Source: an uncultured Verrucomicrobiae bacterium
GTDB taxonomy: Bacteria > Verrucomicrobiota > Verrucomicrobiia > Chthoniobacterales > Chthoniobacteraceae
Reading direction: 5' to 3'
Assembly: GCA_963836755.1 (NCBI GenBank)
Contig: CAWIKF010000002.1
Span: 960,001 to 1,024,000 of the forward strand
DNA: 64,000 bases
The notes below the pieces were generated by a model that did not search any database, was not told where the DNA came from, and worked only from the letters and a program-made list of their open reading frames with translations. Position numbers and translations under genes: made by a program. Positions 39,759-50,359 of the stretch are shown here, piece by piece (the stretch's first letter is position 1; the number at the start of each line of letters is the position of its first letter).

Positions 39759-40643
39759 TTACGCTGCGGGATTGGACGAAAGGTTGCCGGCGGCTTCTGC
39801 CTGCGCCGCGCAAATGCAACCGCCGAGGATGATGATCGAGCCGGACAAATAAATCCACATCAGCAGCGCGACCACGCCGCCGAATGTGCCGTAAAGCGCG
39901 TTGAAGTGGCCGAAATTTTTTGCGTAGAGAACGAAAAGTGCCTGCAAAATTTGCAGCGAAAGAGTGACGAACGCCGCTGCAGCCCAGACTTCGCTGAAAA
40001 GTGTGCGCCGCCGCGGCGCGAATTTATAAAACATGCTGAAGCCGTAAAAAAGGACGAGCGATGAGATCAGCCAGCTCATAAACCGGAACACGCCGACCAT
40101 GATTTTTGCTCCAAAGCCAAACGCGAGCTGCCAGTAATACCATTCGAGATATTTCACGAACACCGGCACGAGGATGCCGAGCAGCAAAGCGCTGGCGACG
40201 ATTGCGACCATCAGGAAATTTTTGATCGGGATGCGCCACCACGCGTATTCCTTTGTGCCCCACGCGCGATTCACGCCGCGCACGAGCGCTTGGAAAAAAC
40301 GGAGCGCGCTCCATGCCAGCCCGAGGAATGCAATCGCGCCGGCGCTGTTGCGCGTTTTCATCACGCCGTTGATCGTCATGGTCACGATGTTTTCCTCGCC
40401 GACATTCACCGGAATGTAATCGGCGACAAAGTTGATGATCGTCGCAGTCGCGCTCTGCTGGTCGACGAATGTCGAGCCGATCGAGATGAACAAAAGGATC
40501 AGCGGGAACAGCGCGAAAAAGGCGTAATACGCAAACGACGCCGCGCGCTGCTCGCCATCTGTCTCGGAATATTTCCGCAGCGTGAGCCACGTGATTTTTG
40601 CCACGCGCTGCCACCATGAGGTGCGAACTGTCTCGACGTTCAT
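39759..40643 (-). CDS. YihY/BrkB family membrane protein
   Basis: AASFAYYAFFALFP, NRAW, LYGTFGGVVALLMWIYLS; start set to ATG 40643. Confidence 0.9.
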   Translation of the reverse strand: MNVETVRTSWWQRVAKITWLTLRKYSETDGEQRAASFAYYAFFALFPLILLFISIGSTFVDQQSATATIINFVADYIPVNVGEENIVTMTINGVMKTRNSAGAIAFLGLAWSALRFFQALVRGVNRAWGTKEYAWWRIPIKNFLMVAIVASALLLGILVPVFVKYLEWYYWQLAFGFGAKIMVGVFRFMSWLISSLVLFYGFSMFYKFAPRRRTLFSEVWAAAAFVTLSLQILQALFVLYAKNFGHFNALYGTFGGVVALLMWIYLSGSIIILGGCICAAQAEAAGNLSSNPAA

Positions 40644-40722
40644 GAGCGGCGACACTAAAGCCGCGATACCCGCGCAACGCGAGACGTATTGCAGTTCAAA
40701 TATGCATTGATAGCTTCCGCTT

Positions 40723-43700
40723 GTGACCGAGCCAAAATCGGAAAAACCCAGCTCCAAGCCCAAACGCCACTGGCTCCGCCGCATCGGTTACACGCTGCTC
40801 GCGCTGCTTTTTCTCCTCGTCGTCTTTCATCGGATGATTTTGATCTGCGGTCATCCACCTCGTCGCGATCAAAGTCGCCGCGAAACAGCACATCGCTCTG
40901 ACGCTCGACGTCGAGGGAACAGTGCTGACGAATCTGCGGCTGAAAAATATTCACGCGTTGCCGGAGGGAAATTCTCCGACGCCAGTCATCCGGATCAGCA
41001 TCGACGAAGTCAGCGTCCAATACACGCTCATCGGCCTGATCCGCCACGGCGCGCAGGATTTTCTAAAAAGTTACACGCTGCGCAACGCCGACATCCAGGT
41101 GCAGCCCGTCGCCGGTTCGCCCGAGCAAAAGCACGACCTCGCCTCAACGCTTCACGGCTTGATCCAGCAGCCCGCGCTCTTCAGCGACCGCGTCGATATT
41201 GAAAATATAAATCTCGTCGCGCATCTGCCCGATGGAGATTTCGCATTGAAAGGCGTCAATCTTTTACTCGATCCCACGCAAGCCGGCGAGCTGCGCATCG
41301 CGCTGTTGCAAGTCCCGCGCGTGCGGACGTGGGAAAATCTCCATGCAACGACGACCTACGCGCGTCGCGATTTGATCATCCGCGACCTGACGCTCGATCC
41401 GCAGATCGTGATCGAAAAATTCGAGCTCGACGCGTCGCAGCGAGCGCAGGGAATCAACCGGCTCGCGGTCGATGGAACATTTTTCGGCGGCTCCGCGGAG
41501 TTTTCGATGTTCATGCAGGAGCTCGGGAAAAATAAAGCGAACGTGAAAATCGAATCGCACCTCAAGGATTTTTCGCTCGAGAAAGTCAGCAAATATTTCA
41601 ACGCGCAGACGCCCGCGCTCGGCAGCATCACAGACTCGAGCATCGAGCTTTCCGGCGACCCGAATGTGCCCGCGTCGTGGACTGGCTCGATCGTTTCCAG
41701 CGCCGGCCCGCTGCACGCGGGAGCTTTTACGCTCGATCAAATCTCAGCGCGCGTGGATGCGAAGGCGGGGACAACGACGTTGAACGTAGCGTTAAACACC
41801 GGTCGCAACACGATCAACGTGCAGGCGCAATGCGCGCTGCCGCAAACGATGGACGGATTTGCCGGCACGAACATTGACGGAACTTTGACCGTGGCCGCCG
41901 ACGAGCTCGCAAAACTTTCCCCGCAGATCACCGGCGGTAACGTCGCGGCGAATGGAAGCTTTGCGCTGAAAAACAAAATGTTAACGGCGAAATTTGACGC
42001 GACCGCTGGCGCGATTGCCGGGAAAAACTTTGGTTTGGACAGTGCGACAGTGCACGTGACCGCAAGCAAGTCGCTCGAGGATAATTCGCAGCAGCCCGCG
42101 CCATTCGATGGCCTGCAAACCGGCATCAATGCAAGCTTCGCGGGCATCCACGCGCAGGATTACGCGATCGATTCCGGCACCCTCGATGTCGCGTCGCATG
42201 ACGCGCGAGTGCAGATCACGCAGCTGAATTTTAACCGCGACAAAAGCACGATCAGCGCGACCGGCGAATATACTTTGCCGCGCGACATGAAGTCGTTCGC
42301 TACTGCGCCCGGCTCGGTAAAATTTTCCGCGAGCGTGCCCAGTCTCGCCGCGTTCCGCACCGTGCCGGACTTGAACCAACCGAACGCGCAGATCGAAGCC
42401 GGCGGCAATCTTTCCAATGGAATCGACGGCTACGGCGGCGACGTGAAATTGACTGTGAGCAACATCACGTATCAGGATTTCTCCGCGAAAAATCTCGCGC
42501 TCGACGTCACGATTTCGCACAGCGTAGCCACGATCGACGCGCTGAACTTTGCTCTCAATGACACCGACGGATTTTCCGGAACGGGCCGCGTGGATCTGCG
42601 CACGCCGTTTGTTTATGACGGAAAATTGCAGGCAAATTTGCACGATTTATCGAAGTTCAACGCGCTCGTGAAAAATATGCAGGGCGGCCTCGCGGGCTCG
42701 CTGTGGCTTGATTGGCAGGGACACGGCCGCGTCGGCGATGTGCAGCATTCCGGCAACGTGCAGTTCATGATGAGCAACGGAAAAGCTGCGGGCGTGCAGG
42801 CGATCAACGCAAAAATCGCGGGCAGTTATTCGCCGGAGCTGATCGATCTGCCGACCTTTTGGATCACGACGAGCAAGGGAAATCTGGCCGCGACGATCGG
42901 CCTGAAAAATAATGTGCTGACGATCGGGCAGATCGCCGTGACGCAAGCAAAGAAGCCGCTTCTGACGGGATCAATCACGCTGCCGCTCGATTTGCGGAAC
43001 CCGAAAAATATCGAGTCGATCATCCCGATGAATGGGCCGGTGTCGGCAAATATTTCATCCGCCGATCTCGCGATCGATTCGTTTTTTCCAAAGGATCAGG
43101 CGCCGGCGCGCGGGACGGCAAAGCTGACGCTGACAGCATCGGGGACGATTGCGCAGCTCGATGCGCGCGTGCAATTGGCTGTGCAAAAGTTGCAGGCTAA
43201 AGCCGCCGCGAGTCTCGCGCCGACGAACATCAACTTTGACGCGCGGCTCGTGCAGGATCAGCTCTCGCTCAAGGGGCGCATCGACCAGCCAGCGATCAAG
43301 TCGATCGAAATCGCGGGCACGCTGCCGCTGCCGGTGCGGCAAATCATCGAGCAGAAAAAGATCGATCAAAATTCGCCGGTGCAGCTTTCGGTGCGGCTCC
43401 CGCAATCGTCTGTCGCTTTTTTAACGAAGGTGACACCGGCGATTCGTTATGTGGAAGGAACGGCGAGCGTGAATGTGGATGTCGCCGGCACAATTGCGCA
43501 TCCCGATTTCGCGGGCTCGGCGCTGCTGAATTTGCCTGCGATTCGCTTTACCAATCAGGATTTGCCGGCGGTCAGCGGATTCCGCGGCGACATCGGTTTT
43601 GCAAAAAACAAGCTGACGGTGAATCGGCTCGGCGGCGATATCTCCGGCGGCTCGGTGAATGTCACCGGCAGCGTTTTGTTTGCGACGTTGGCGAATCCGC

Positions 43701-44602
43701 AGATTGATTTGCGGATGACTTCAAACGAGGCGCTGCTCGTGCGCAACGAGTCGCTGACGGTGCGCGCGGATTCGGATTTGCGCGTGACCGGGCCGCTGGC
43801 CGGCGCGACGGTCGCCGGGACGATCGGCATCACGCACAGCAAATTTTTCCGCGACATCGATATCCTGCCGATCGAGCTGCCAGGCCGTCCCGCGCCGAAA
43901 CCGCCGGAGACGACGGCTGGATTTTCGATCGACAAACCGCCGCTCAGCAATTGGAAATTTGACCTCGCGATCAAGACGAAAGATCCGCTGAAAGTGCGCG
44001 GCAATCTTGCGAACGGCGCGGTCGTCATTGATATGAAAGTGGTCGGCACGGGCCGCGCGCCGGCGCTCGACGGCTCGGTGCGGATCGAGAATTTCATCGC
44101 GTCGCTGCCGTTTTCAAAACTCGAGGTGCGCTACGGCTATGTCTACTTTGCGCCGGACGAACCGTTCGTGCCGAAGCTCGACATCCAAGGGACATCGACG
44201 ATGCGCGACTACAATATCAGCGTTTACATTTTCGGCACCGCGAGTGATCCGCAGACGGTTTTTTCATCGGAGCCGCCGCTGCCGCAGGAGGACATCCTCG
44301 CGCTGCTGGCCACGGGGACAACGGTTTCGGAATTAACCGGCAATGCCGACGTGCTCGCGGGTCGCGCCGCGTCGCTGTTGTTTCAAAAAGTGTATCACAA
44401 GTTTTTCAAATCGAAGGAGCCGTCGGAAAACGAATCGTTCATCAGCCGCTTCAGCGTGGATCTCGGCGGCGTCGATCCGAAAACCGGCCAGCAGGAAGTC
44501 AACACGCGCTTCAAGATCGGCGAAAACTTTTACCTCATCGGCGATCTCGATGTGGGTGGAAATATTCGCGGCGAGGTGAAGTATTTGCTGCGGTTCCGAT
44601 GA
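40723..44602 (+). pseudogene. tamB: TamB-like translocation/assembly protein, frameshift near 40850
   Basis: N-terminal anchor (KRHWLRRIG-hydrophobic) in one frame; beta-taenia body and C-terminal FSSEPPLPQEDILALL in another; next to a TamA/BamA gene. Confidence 0.8.
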
Positions 44603-46713
44603 AGCGCATTCTCTCGCGATGGAAAACTTTTCTGCTCGTGCTTGGCTGCGCGGGTCTCTGCATCGGCCTGCGCGCGGCGGAGCAGCCGAAGAATAATCCG
44701 CCGAAGCTCGAGGAGAATCCCGCAGCGTCGATGCCGCCGACGCCGCCGAAAAAGTCGAACGTGCAGGTGCGGTTTGAGGGCGCATCGCATTTTCCCGAGG
44801 CCACTCTGCGCGCGGCGATCGCAGAGCAGATTACGGTGATCGAGCAGCAATCGCTCACGCCCGCGCTCGCGGACGACACCGCATTTTTTCTCGGCATTTT
44901 CTATCGCAAAAACGGTTACTCTCAGGCCGACGTGAAGTTTCGGATCGATGGTCCGCGCGCGCTTACGCTGACGGTTGCTGCAGGGCCGCTCACGACGCTT
45001 GGCGACATCACGCTCCACGGGAATTCGGGCGAGCCGGATGCGACTTTGCGCGACTACATCATCGGTGCGACGCGCGAACGCTTTCCGCACACGAAGACGG
45101 CGCTGCCGTTCGTGCAGGCGGACGTGGATACAGGCGTGGAGCGGATTCGCGGGCTGTATCGCTCCGAGGGATTTCTCGACGCGGTGGTGGACGACGCGAA
45201 AGTCACCTTCAATCGCGACCACACGCGCGCGGACGTTTTCGTCAATATCCACGAAGGGACGCGCTACCGTTTCGGCAAGATCGATTTCAACGGCGACATC
45301 GTCTTTTTCCACGGCGGCGATACCGACCCGGAGTTGCAGAAGCTCGTCAAGCCATTCGCGGAAAAACCTTACACGCCGCAGCAGGTCACGAACATGCAGC
45401 GCGCGGTCGTTTATTTTTATAAAACCCGCGGCTACTACGACGTCAAAGTAGACGTCGACAGCGACCCGGCCAATGCGCACGACGGCGCGGTGCCGACGAC
45501 ATTCCGCATCGATTCCGGCAACGTCTATCGCTTCGACGGCGTGAGCCAGGAAGGGCTCGATCGGCTGAGCGCAAAGTTTCTGCCGAGCCGTTTCGCGAGC
45601 CTCAGCGGGAAATTCTACAACCCGCAAGTCCTCGACGAAAAGTTCCGCGAAATGATGCGCACCGGCCTCTTCAAGCAGCTCCGCATCGAGCCGCGCCCGC
45701 TGCCGGACCACACCATCGAGCTCCACATGAAAGTCGAGGAAGCGAAGGCGAAAGAACTCGGCTTCCTGCTCGGCTACGGCACTTACGAGGGCGCGATCAT
45801 CGGCGTCTCCGCAGCAGACCGCGACCTCTTCGGAACCGGGCGCCCGCTCACCACGAAGATCGAGCTTTCGCAGCGGTTTCTAAAAGGCGAAATCGTTTAT
45901 GACGATCCCTGGTTTTGGGAAAGCCCATACGAGCTGCGGCTTCGGCTCTACGGCATCGGCGCGAACTTTGACGGCTATAGCAAAATCGAGGAAGGCATTC
46001 GCGCCGAGCTGAGCCGGAAGCTCACAAAGAAGCTCGAGGCCACACTCTTCGTCGGCACCCGGCACGAGAGCATCACCGACGACGGCATCGTGCCGGAAGT
46101 GCTCGGCCCCACCAGCTATCTCGTCAACGCCATCGGCTCCGCCATCACCCTCGACTACCGCGACAGCGCGATCAATCCCACGCGCGGCTCCATCCTGAAC
46201 ACCACCGTCGATTACGCCGGCAGCGTCCTCGGCAGCGACATCGACTTTGTCCGCAGCACAGCGCGGTTCTCTTATTATATCCCGATCAAAAAAACCACGC
46301 TCGCCTTCGGTGCACGCGCTGGCATTCTCGTCCCGACCAGTGGCAGCACCGAGGATATCCCGATCGACGAGCGGTTTTTTAATGGCGGCAGCCGCAGCGT
46401 CCGCAGCTTCAGCGAGCGCGACCTCGGCCCGCACGATCGCCACGGCTATCCGATCGGCGGCGATTCCTTCAGCGTCTTCAATGTCGAATACACCTTCCCG
46501 ATCTGGGGCGATCTGCTTGGGGCGACCTTCGTCGATGCCGGCAGCGTCGGGCGCGACTCCACGTCCTTCGGCGTCATGCGCTACGGCATCGGCGGCGGCA
46601 TCCGGTATCGCACGCCAGTCGGGCCGCTGCGCATCGACTACGGCGTGAACCCATCGCCGCGCAACCACGAACACGCCGGCGCGCTCAATATCTCCTTCGG
46701 CGTCGCCTTTTAG
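44599..46713 (+). CDS. TamA/BamA (Omp85) family outer membrane protein
   Basis: Signal peptide, POTRA-like region, RFFNGGSRSVRSF, TPVGPLRIDYG, C-terminal Phe. Confidence 0.9.
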   Translation: MKRILSRWKTFLLVLGCAGLCIGLRAAEQPKNNPPKLEENPAASMPPTPPKKSNVQVRFEGASHFPEATLRAAIAEQITVIEQQSLTPALADDTAFFLGIFYRKNGYSQADVKFRIDGPRALTLTVAAGPLTTLGDITLHGNSGEPDATLRDYIIGATRERFPHTKTALPFVQADVDTGVERIRGLYRSEGFLDAVVDDAKVTFNRDHTRADVFVNIHEGTRYRFGKIDFNGDIVFFHGGDTDPELQKLVKPFAEKPYTPQQVTNMQRAVVYFYKTRGYYDVKVDVDSDPANAHDGAVPTTFRIDSGNVYRFDGVSQEGLDRLSAKFLPSRFASLSGKFYNPQVLDEKFREMMRTGLFKQLRIEPRPLPDHTIELHMKVEEAKAKELGFLLGYGTYEGAIIGVSAADRDLFGTGRPLTTKIELSQRFLKGEIVYDDPWFWESPYELRLRLYGIGANFDGYSKIEEGIRAELSRKLTKKLEATLFVGTRHESITDDGIVPEVLGPTSYLVNAIGSAITLDYRDSAINPTRGSILNTTVDYAGSVLGSDIDFVRSTARFSYYIPIKKTTLAFGARAGILVPTSGSTEDIPIDERFFNGGSRSVRSFSERDLGPHDRHGYPIGGDSFSVFNVEYTFPIWGDLLGATFVDAGSVGRDSTSFGVMRYGIGGGIRYRTPVGPLRIDYGVNPSPRNHEHAGALNISFGVAF

Positions 46714-47210
46714 CCCTCGGCCTCGGCCATCCGCTTCCGGTTCAGGAAAGCGCGGCACGCGCCTTTGATGCGCGTCAAAATATAATAAACCGTCTGCGAG
46801 CGCACCCGCACGAGCTGCCCGCCCACGATCTTCGGCACGAAATCCGCCGGCACATCGAGGATTTCCTGCAGCGCGCACCCTTCCAGTCCCTTGCACAAAA
46901 TCGTCGCCATCGCTTTCGTCAAAATCTGCACCTTTGGCCCCAGCGACAGCCGCAAGTGCGCTTCGCCGCCCGCATCGACCCGCAGATGCACGCCCACGGT
47001 GTCCGCGCATTCCTCATCCTTGCGCACATCCTCGAGGTCAAACTTTTCGCCATCGCGCGGCCCGCAATTGCGCGCCTGGTCGGCATACGCGATCAAATTC
47101 TCGCGCTTCTCCTCCTCCGGCAGCATCTCGAAAAGCGACACGATCGCCTGCAACTTCCCCGGGTAAACCGACGCCGGATTCTCCTCCGGCTCTGGACAAA
47201 TCTTCTTCAT
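46710..47210 (-). CDS. sufE: SufE family Fe-S assembly protein
   Basis: Conserved Cys (DEECADTV), TKAMATIL, EILDVPADF, VRVRSQ; divergent member. Confidence 0.7.
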   Translation of the reverse strand: MKKICPEPEENPASVYPGKLQAIVSLFEMLPEEEKRENLIAYADQARNCGPRDGEKFDLEDVRKDEECADTVGVHLRVDAGGEAHLRLSLGPKVQILTKAMATILCKGLEGCALQEILDVPADFVPKIVGGQLVRVRSQTVYYILTRIKGACRAFLNRKRMAEAEG

Positions 47211-47280
47211 GAGTAAAAAAAGCCGTCACACGCGGCGAACGGCGCACCGTAATGCGCAAATCCCGGGCTTGCAACGCCAC

Positions 47281-47573
47281 AAACCGGTATCCATCGTCGG
47301 AAACCCATCTCGCATCATCGGAAACCGGTCTTGCATCGTCGGAAACCGGTCTCGCATCGTCGGAAACCGGTCTCGCATCGTCGGAAACCGGTCTCGCATC
47401 GTCGGAAACCGGTCTCGCATCGTCGGAAGCCCGTCTCGCGTCATCGGAAACCGGTCTTGCATCATCGGAAACCAGTCTCGCATCGTCGGAAACCCGTCTC
47501 GCGTCATCGGAAACCGATCTCACATCGTCGGAAACCAGTCTCGCGTCATCGGAAACCGATCTCACATCGTCGG
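47281..47573. repeat. 21-bp tandem array, consensus AAACCGGTCTCGCATCGTCGG; 13 full units plus one degenerate unit
   Basis: Counted directly: units start at 47301, 47322 ... 47553; no unique spacers. Confidence 0.97.
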
Positions 47574-47629
47574 AACGCATCTTTGGTTGCCTATCAACAA
47601 TCATCCAGCTGTATTAGCGCCCCGGAAAC

Positions 47630-48070
47630 ATGAACGCGACCGACCTCCCTCAATACATCCTCGACACTTTCCCGGCGGTGGAAACAGCGGAAAACTTTGG
47701 CTACCAGTTCTTCTTTTATGGCGCCGACCGGATCCGGCCGTTCGCTTCGCTGGCGACCGCGGATGCCGAGTATGACCGCTTTTCCAATCTCGACCGCCCC
47801 GGCGTCTATCGCCTGAACTTCGGGATTCGCAGGGCGAGTTTCGAAGCGCTCTTTGGCACGGACCCGCTCGATCTCGCCGATTACGATTTCACGGCGCTCG
47901 ACCGGATCATGCCGCATCCCGAGTATTCGCCGCAGTTTTTCGTCTGCGTGCTCAACCCGAAGACGACATGGCCGACTGTGGAAAAGCTGCTGGCCGAGGC
48001 GCATGAGATCGCCATGAATCGCCACGCGAGGGCCGAAAAGTCGCGCGATCCGAAAGCCGCAGACGCCTGA
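47630..48070 (+). CDS. DUF6194-like protein
   Basis: FFFYG, SNLDRPGVYRLNFG, DFTALDRIMPHPEY, CVLNP. Confidence 0.75.
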   Translation: MNATDLPQYILDTFPAVETAENFGYQFFFYGADRIRPFASLATADAEYDRFSNLDRPGVYRLNFGIRRASFEALFGTDPLDLADYDFTALDRIMPHPEYSPQFFVCVLNPKTTWPTVEKLLAEAHEIAMNRHARAEKSRDPKAADA

Positions 48071-48074
48071 ACTT

Positions 48075-49064
48075 TTACGGCACCGGCAGGCCGGCAAAGA
48101 TTTTCTCGATGATCGTCTCGCTGGTAATGTTCTCCGCCTCGGCCTCGTAGCTGACGATGATGCGGTGCCGCAGCACGTCGGCGCCGATGCTTTTCACATC
48201 CTGCGGCGTCACGTAACCGCGGCCTTGCAGGAAAGCGCGGGCGCGGGCGGCGAGGGTGAGATTGATCGTCGCGCGCGGGCTGCCGCCGTAGCGGATGAGG
48301 CCGTCGAGCTGCAGGTTGTAGCGCGCCGGTTCGCGCGTGGCCCAGACGACGTCGACGATGTAATCTTTCACGCGGTCGTCGATGTAGATGTCGTTTACAA
48401 TGGCGCGCGCGCGGATGATGTCCTGCACTTGCACGACTGGGTTCACGTCGAGCCGCGGCGAGCTGGTGCCCATCAAGTCGAGGATCTGCCGCTCCTCGAT
48501 TTTCGTTGGGTAGCCGACATTGAGCTTGAGCATGAAGCGATCGACCTGCGCCTCGGGCAGTTGATACGTCCCTTCCTGCTCGATCGGATTTTGCGTGGCC
48601 AAAACGAGGAACGGATCGGGCAATTTATACGTCGCCTCGCCGATCGTGACCTGCCTTTCCTGCATCGCCTCGAGCAGCGCGCTCTGCACTTTCGCGGGCG
48701 CGCGATTGATTTCATCGGCGAGGATGAGATTGGAAAAAAGTGGGCCGTGCTTTGTGGTGAATTCGCCGCTGCGCGGGTTGTAGATCAGTGTGCCGATGAG
48801 GTCGGCGGGAAGAAGGTCGGGCGTGAATTGAATCCGCTGAAACCCGGTCTGGATGCAGGCTGCGAGCGTGCGGACGGTGAGAGTTTTCGCAAGACCCGGC
48901 ACGCCCTCGAGAAGCACGTGGCCGTTGGTCAAAAGTCCGGTGAGCAAGCCTTCGATGAGATATTTCTGACCGATGACGACGCGCGAGATTTCCCGCTGCA
49001 GCGGTTCGATCCATGCGCCTTCCTGCTGGACTTGCTGTGTGATTTCTTGTGTGGATGTCGCCAT
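48075..49064 (-). CDS. moxR: MoxR family AAA+ ATPase
   Basis: GVPGLAKT, RIQFTPDLLPAD, LADEINRAPAKVQSALLEAMQE, ATQNPIEQEGTY. Confidence 0.95.
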   Translation of the reverse strand: MATSTQEITQQVQQEGAWIEPLQREISRVVIGQKYLIEGLLTGLLTNGHVLLEGVPGLAKTLTVRTLAACIQTGFQRIQFTPDLLPADLIGTLIYNPRSGEFTTKHGPLFSNLILADEINRAPAKVQSALLEAMQERQVTIGEATYKLPDPFLVLATQNPIEQEGTYQLPEAQVDRFMLKLNVGYPTKIEERQILDLMGTSSPRLDVNPVVQVQDIIRARAIVNDIYIDDRVKDYIVDVVWATREPARYNLQLDGLIRYGGSPRATINLTLAARARAFLQGRGYVTPQDVKSIGADVLRHRIIVSYEAEAENITSETIIEKIFAGLPVP

Positions 49065-49150
49065 AATTTTTGCCGGCAGGGTGACAATTTAAGACAACGC
49101 CGCGCGCCATTCGTTCGATAACGGCGGTCAATTTCGCAGCGAGGCTCGCG

Positions 49151-49705
49151 CTATTGTTTGCGAAATTCCTCAGTCACCTGCGCGACGATGATGCCAGATT
49201 TTCGGATCGTGTCGCGGTTGATCATCGTGCGGCCGTCGGGCTGCAGATACATCCATTGCGTGAGACGGACGCGGCTGAGCGGATTGCCGGGCGCGAGCGC
49301 GACGGTGAAGCTCCAGCGAAATGCATTGCCATAGGCGACGCCGTGTGCGGTGCCGATGACGTCATTCGCCGTGGCCTCGTAATGATGCGCGTCGAGCCGG
49401 CGCAATCGCCACGAGCGGTGCTGGCGCTTGCCGCTTTCAAACGCGAGATCCTGCTCGAGGTGCAGCACGCTGCCTTCCCAATGTCCCCACGTCTCGGTCG
49501 TGATCCGCTGCGTCGGTGCGCCGCCGCGCGTCTCAAAAATTCCCCACGAGCGCGTGTGGCCGGTGAAAAACTTTTCCGGCTCGAAAAGCGGGCGGCCGTT
49601 TGCGAATGCGTCCGGCTTCATGCTCGCGCAACCTGCGAGCATCGAGAACGCGAGCAAAGGCAGCGAAAGTTTTTTCGCAGCCGTGAAGAAAATTCCAAAG
49701 CGCAT
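49151..49705 (-). CDS. DUF3833-like lipoprotein
   Basis: Lipobox LAGC; FFTG..RSWG, GNAFRWSF, WMYLQPDG. Confidence 0.75.
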   Translation of the reverse strand: MRFGIFFTAAKKLSLPLLAFSMLAGCASMKPDAFANGRPLFEPEKFFTGHTRSWGIFETRGGAPTQRITTETWGHWEGSVLHLEQDLAFESGKRQHRSWRLRRLDAHHYEATANDVIGTAHGVAYGNAFRWSFTVALAPGNPLSRVRLTQWMYLQPDGRTMINRDTIRKSGIIVAQVTEEFRKQ

Positions 49706-49765
49706 GCGCTGGAAAATCGCGCCGGTGCGCGGCTTTGGCCGTGGCGAACAAAGTTCGCGCCTGTT

Positions 49766-50329
49766 TTACAGCTGTAAAAAGTTCTGCAACAACTTTTTGC
49801 CGGCCAGCGTCAGGATCGATTCCGGATGAAACTGCACGCCGTGGATCGGCAGCTCGCGATGCCGCAGGCCCATGATTTCTTTCTCCGCAGTCTCGGCGGT
49901 GATCTCGAGGCACGCCGGCAACGTGTCCCGCTTGACGATGAGCGAGTGGTAACGCGTCGCTTCAAATGGATTCGGCAGCTCCGCGAAAACGCCTTCGTCG
50001 TTATGCAGGATCGGCGAGGTTTTTCCGTGCATGAGCCGCCCAGCGCGGACGACTTCGCCGCCGAAAACATCGCCGATGCATTGATGGCCGAGGCAGACGC
50101 CGAGCAGCGGTAAACTTTTTCCAAAATGCAAAATCACGTCGTTGCTGATGCCCGCTTCTTTCGGCGTGCACGGGCCCGGCGAGATGACGATCCGCTCCGG
50201 TTTCATCGCGGCGATTTCATCGAGCGTGACCTCGTCGTTCCGCTTCACCACAGGCTCCGCGCCGAGTTCGCCGAAATATTGGACGAGGTTGTAGGTGAAC
50301 GAATCGTAGTTATCGATGACGAGCAGCAT
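49766..50329 (-). CDS. trpG: Anthranilate synthase component II (glutamine amidotransferase)
   Basis: [28 protein letters not shown]. Confidence 0.93.
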   Translation of the reverse strand: MLLVIDNYDSFTYNLVQYFGELGAEPVVKRNDEVTLDEIAAMKPERIVISPGPCTPKEAGISNDVILHFGKSLPLLGVCLGHQCIGDVFGGEVVRAGRLMHGKTSPILHNDEGVFAELPNPFEATRYHSLIVKRDTLPACLEITAETAEKEIMGLRHRELPIHGVQFHPESILTLAGKKLLQNFLQL

Positions 50330-50359
50330 GGGAATCGAGAATTTGAATTTTGACTTTGT

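Noticed and set aside
47281..47573. CRISPR array
   Set aside because: Units are head-to-tail with no unique spacers, and there are no cas genes in the window.
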